A DNA stretch of 47,798 nt, taken from the NCBI GenBank assembly GCA_014382605.1, contig JACNJM010000253.1, positions 1,385 to 49,182 on the forward strand. The letters run 5' to 3'. Positions 45,520-47,798 of this stretch are shown here, one piece after another. The number at the start of each line of letters is the position of its first letter. Within the stretch, counting starts at the first letter, position 1. The stretch is from Anaerolineae bacterium (lineage in GTDB: Bacteria; Chloroflexota; Anaerolineae; Anaerolineales; UBA11858). A program made the position numbers and the translations under genes. The notes below the pieces were generated by a model. The model ran no database searches. It was given only the letters and a program-made list of their open reading frames with translations, and was not told the origin of the DNA.

Positions 45520-47618
45520 TCATTATCGCGCAGTAATACCATTAGCGTAATATCGTCTTGGGGCGCAATTTCCCCCAGAAAATCATAGACGGCATCCAGA
45601 ATGGCTTTTTGTATCCCCTCTGCCGATTGTTGCAGATTGGCACGCGCGGTGGTTTCAAGGGCACTGCGTTTAAAAAATTCCTTGTGCATATTCTGGGCTT
45701 CAGGGATGCCATCGGTATATAAGACCAACACATCGCCCGGAAAAATATTCACAGTATGGTGTTCCCAGGTGGCTTCTTCATCAATGCCGATGGGCAATCC
45801 GGTTTTCTGGAGTAATTCGGCTTCCCCATCACTTTCTGCGCGCAATAACAACGGCGGATTATGCCCGGCATTGGCGTAGGTCAGCGTGCCGTTTTGTGGA
45901 TCAAGGATTCCGTAAAAAGCCGTTACGAATAGATTGGCGCGCGTATCTTTGAGAATGCGTTCATTTGTGGCGAAGAAAACCACATCGGGCTGCAACTCGA
46001 ATTCGGTAGCATACGTGCGGATCAGCGTGCGACTCAGGGCCATGTACAGCGCCGGGCCGATGCCCTTATCGAGCACATCGGCCAGCACAATCCCCACGCG
46101 TCCGCCTTCAAGAGGAATGACATCGAAGAAATCACCCGATGTTTCCCCGGCAGGCGCCAGCGTAACCGAAAGTTGCCAGCCCGGCATTTTTGGGAAAACG
46201 CTGGGCAACAGGCTGGATTGAATTTGCCCGGCCAGTTTGAGTTCTTCGCGCACGCGCTGATATTCCAGCGATTGCTCATAAACTCTGGCCTGGTTGATCG
46301 CCGATGCAATTTGCGCGCCCAAAGTCTGCATGGCCGGGCAAAGATTTTGTAGCGCCTGACGATCCCAGGGTTGAGCCAGCGCATAGAGTTCCAGGTACAC
46401 CCCCCCAAAGGTTTGTCCCGATTCCCCATCTTTGATCGGGGAGAGAACCATCGGGTTATGGGAGTCGAAGCCATTTTGCCAGGGCAGTTCATCCTGCGCC
46501 TGGAAAATTTGCCCCTGTTCTTGCTCGAGCAGCCAGGGCCAGATCGCGCCTAGATCGGGTTGCCAGTCCAACGGATATTTGACCAGCGTATCTTCCGGGA
46601 AAATCCAGATCACATAACGCCCCGCCGGGAACATATTTGGGATGTGTGCTTTTAGGATGGCAGGCAGATTTTCGGTATGGGGCGGCGCATCGATAATGGC
46701 GCGCCCTAGCCGCTCCAGGTGTTCCAGCATCCGTGATTGCTGGCGGCTGCTCTCCCCCGACCAGCTTAATTGCCGCGTCAGATAGGCCACAATTAACATT
46801 CCGCTGATGAAAAACAGATAAACGGGGATGCCGCCTTCGGCGTATAAACCGGCGGCTAAAATGGCAAAAGGGTGCGCCATGTGCGGCAATCCCATCGCCA
46901 GGAAGAAGAATTTCAATACCGGGTTGATCTGGTCGGAGCCAGCCAAAACACGCTGCGACCAGACACCATAGAGCAGGTATCCGCTCCACAGCAAAATTAG
47001 CAAGGTAAAATTGAGCGCCAGCAGCCCGAAAGCGCGGATCACGGTGTCGGTGGAGAGCGGGGAAAGCGGGTACGTGCCACCGATGGCAACGTAGATGTTG
47101 AGCGCAGTCAACGAGACGAGGGTGTTTCCGGCAATATTGATCGCCAGATTGCGGTATTGGCTCCAGCGGGCCGTATCTGAAATGGCGTTGCGCCAATTGC
47201 TCCAGAATTCAAAGAGCGTTCCCAATATTGCCAGCCAGAGCAACGTGGGGCCGAAGAGCAGAATGCCCGACCATAAAATGATCCCTGCCAGCGAGCCATC
47301 GGAACTGCCGTAGCGATTGGCGCGCAATTCGACGATCAGGAAAAAACGCAGATAATTGAAGATGAAAAATAATACCGCTTGTAATCCGATTTCCGCGCTG
47401 TGAGCGCGCCAGAGCTGCCAATCGCTGACTCGAATGAGCCAGATGATTCCGGCGATTGCCAGCGGCGCGGCATATAAGAATGAAACCAGGTCGCCAACGG
47501 CAACAACCTGGCGCTCGATTTGCATGGCGCCGACTTCGGGGCGCAAGATGCGGGCAACGGCCAGCAAGAGCTTATAGCGTTTCGGGATAGTGGCGCGGGG
47601 TTTGAAGAACATAGGCAT
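45516..47618 (-). CDS. Membrane-anchored PP2C/SpoIIE (RsbU-like) Ser phosphatase
   Basis: N-terminal multi-TM region, GAF-like middle, SGDFFD, ADVLDKG, ANAGHNPP, LYTDGI, DDIT; start may be the ATG at 47612. Confidence 0.9.
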   Translation of the reverse strand: MPMFFKPRATIPKRYKLLLAVARILRPEVGAMQIERQVVAVGDLVSFLYAAPLAIAGIIWLIRVSDWQLWRAHSAEIGLQAVLFFIFNYLRFFLIVELRANRYGSSDGSLAGIILWSGILLFGPTLLWLAILGTLFEFWSNWRNAISDTARWSQYRNLAINIAGNTLVSLTALNIYVAIGGTYPLSPLSTDTVIRAFGLLALNFTLLILLWSGYLLYGVWSQRVLAGSDQINPVLKFFFLAMGLPHMAHPFAILAAGLYAEGGIPVYLFFISGMLIVAYLTRQLSWSGESSRQQSRMLEHLERLGRAIIDAPPHTENLPAILKAHIPNMFPAGRYVIWIFPEDTLVKYPLDWQPDLGAIWPWLLEQEQGQIFQAQDELPWQNGFDSHNPMVLSPIKDGESGQTFGGVYLELYALAQPWDRQALQNLCPAMQTLGAQIASAINQARVYEQSLEYQRVREELKLAGQIQSSLLPSVFPKMPGWQLSVTLAPAGETSGDFFDVIPLEGGRVGIVLADVLDKGIGPALYMALSRTLIRTYATEFELQPDVVFFATNERILKDTRANLFVTAFYGILDPQNGTLTYANAGHNPPLLLRAESDGEAELLQKTGLPIGIDEEATWEHHTVNIFPGDVLVLYTDGIPEAQNMHKEFFKRSALETTARANLQQSAEGIQKAILDAVYDFLGEIAPQDDITLMVLLRDNE

Positions 47619-47619
47619 A

Positions 47620-47798
47620 TTATACCGATGTAATTGACGTACCCAATAACTTGCCTTGCAAAGCGGCTTGCACGTTTCCGGCCTGTGCGCCGCTAAAGAT
47701 CAAAATTTTCAGCCCCTGGTTTTTACCGGCCAGTGCGAGCATTAATTCCACTTTGCCAGCCATGCCGCCGGTCACATCGGTGGCCGCCGAGCCGCCCA
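47620..47798 (-). CDS. 3' end of an amino-acid-kinase-family gene, probably isopentenyl phosphate kinase (truncated by the window edge)
   Basis: Manual translation of the minus strand: GGSAATDVTGGMAGKVELMLALAGKNQGLKILIFSGAQAGNVQAALQGKLLGTSITSV*; contains DVTGGMxGK. Confidence 0.7.
   Translation of the reverse strand, partial: GGSAATDVTGGMAGKVELMLALAGKNQGLKILIFSGAQAGNVQAALQGKLLGTSITSV

Overview
This is a bacterial chromosomal window of mostly housekeeping genes. Gene content (NBR1-Ig-like lipoprotein, topA with an N-terminal Zn-ribbon extension, plant-type cystathionine gamma-synthase, IPK-like kinase) suggests Chloroflexota, probably Anaerolineae; this is inference, as no marker rRNA is present. 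In order: a TetR-regulated NitT/TauT-type ABC importer; a divergent isochorismatase / CxxC-less TrxB-like reductase / RlmN-like radical SAM trio; ettA; a YpdA-like reductase; a cystathionine gamma-synthase; a 13-kb ilvD-ilvB-ilvN-ilvC-leuA-(67-aa orf)-leuC-leuD-cimA-leuB-pheA operon; UbiD + aconitase X (archaeal-type mevalonate pathway candidates, with an isopentenyl phosphate kinase-like fragment at the right edge); suhB, surE and three tRNAs (Arg-GCG, Ser-GCT, Ser-TGA); ffh, rpsP-khpA-rimM, dprA-manC-topA, greA, dgt; a dynamin-like GTPase; and a STAS/RsbW/PP2C partner-switching set. The strongest unannotated signal is a pair of structurally matching leader-peptide attenuators. One is Leu/Ile/Val/Phe-rich and precedes the ilv-leu-pheA operon. 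The other has clustered Met codons and precedes the Met-biosynthetic gene, making it a candidate methionine-sensing ribosome-mediated attenuator. Also notable are a 67-aa two-repeat microprotein inside the leu operon, an RlmN-like enzyme lacking the resolving cysteine, a dispersed family of periodic palindromic intergenic repeats and several apparently leaderless genes. All calls come from reading motifs by eye; no database searches or folding calculations were run.
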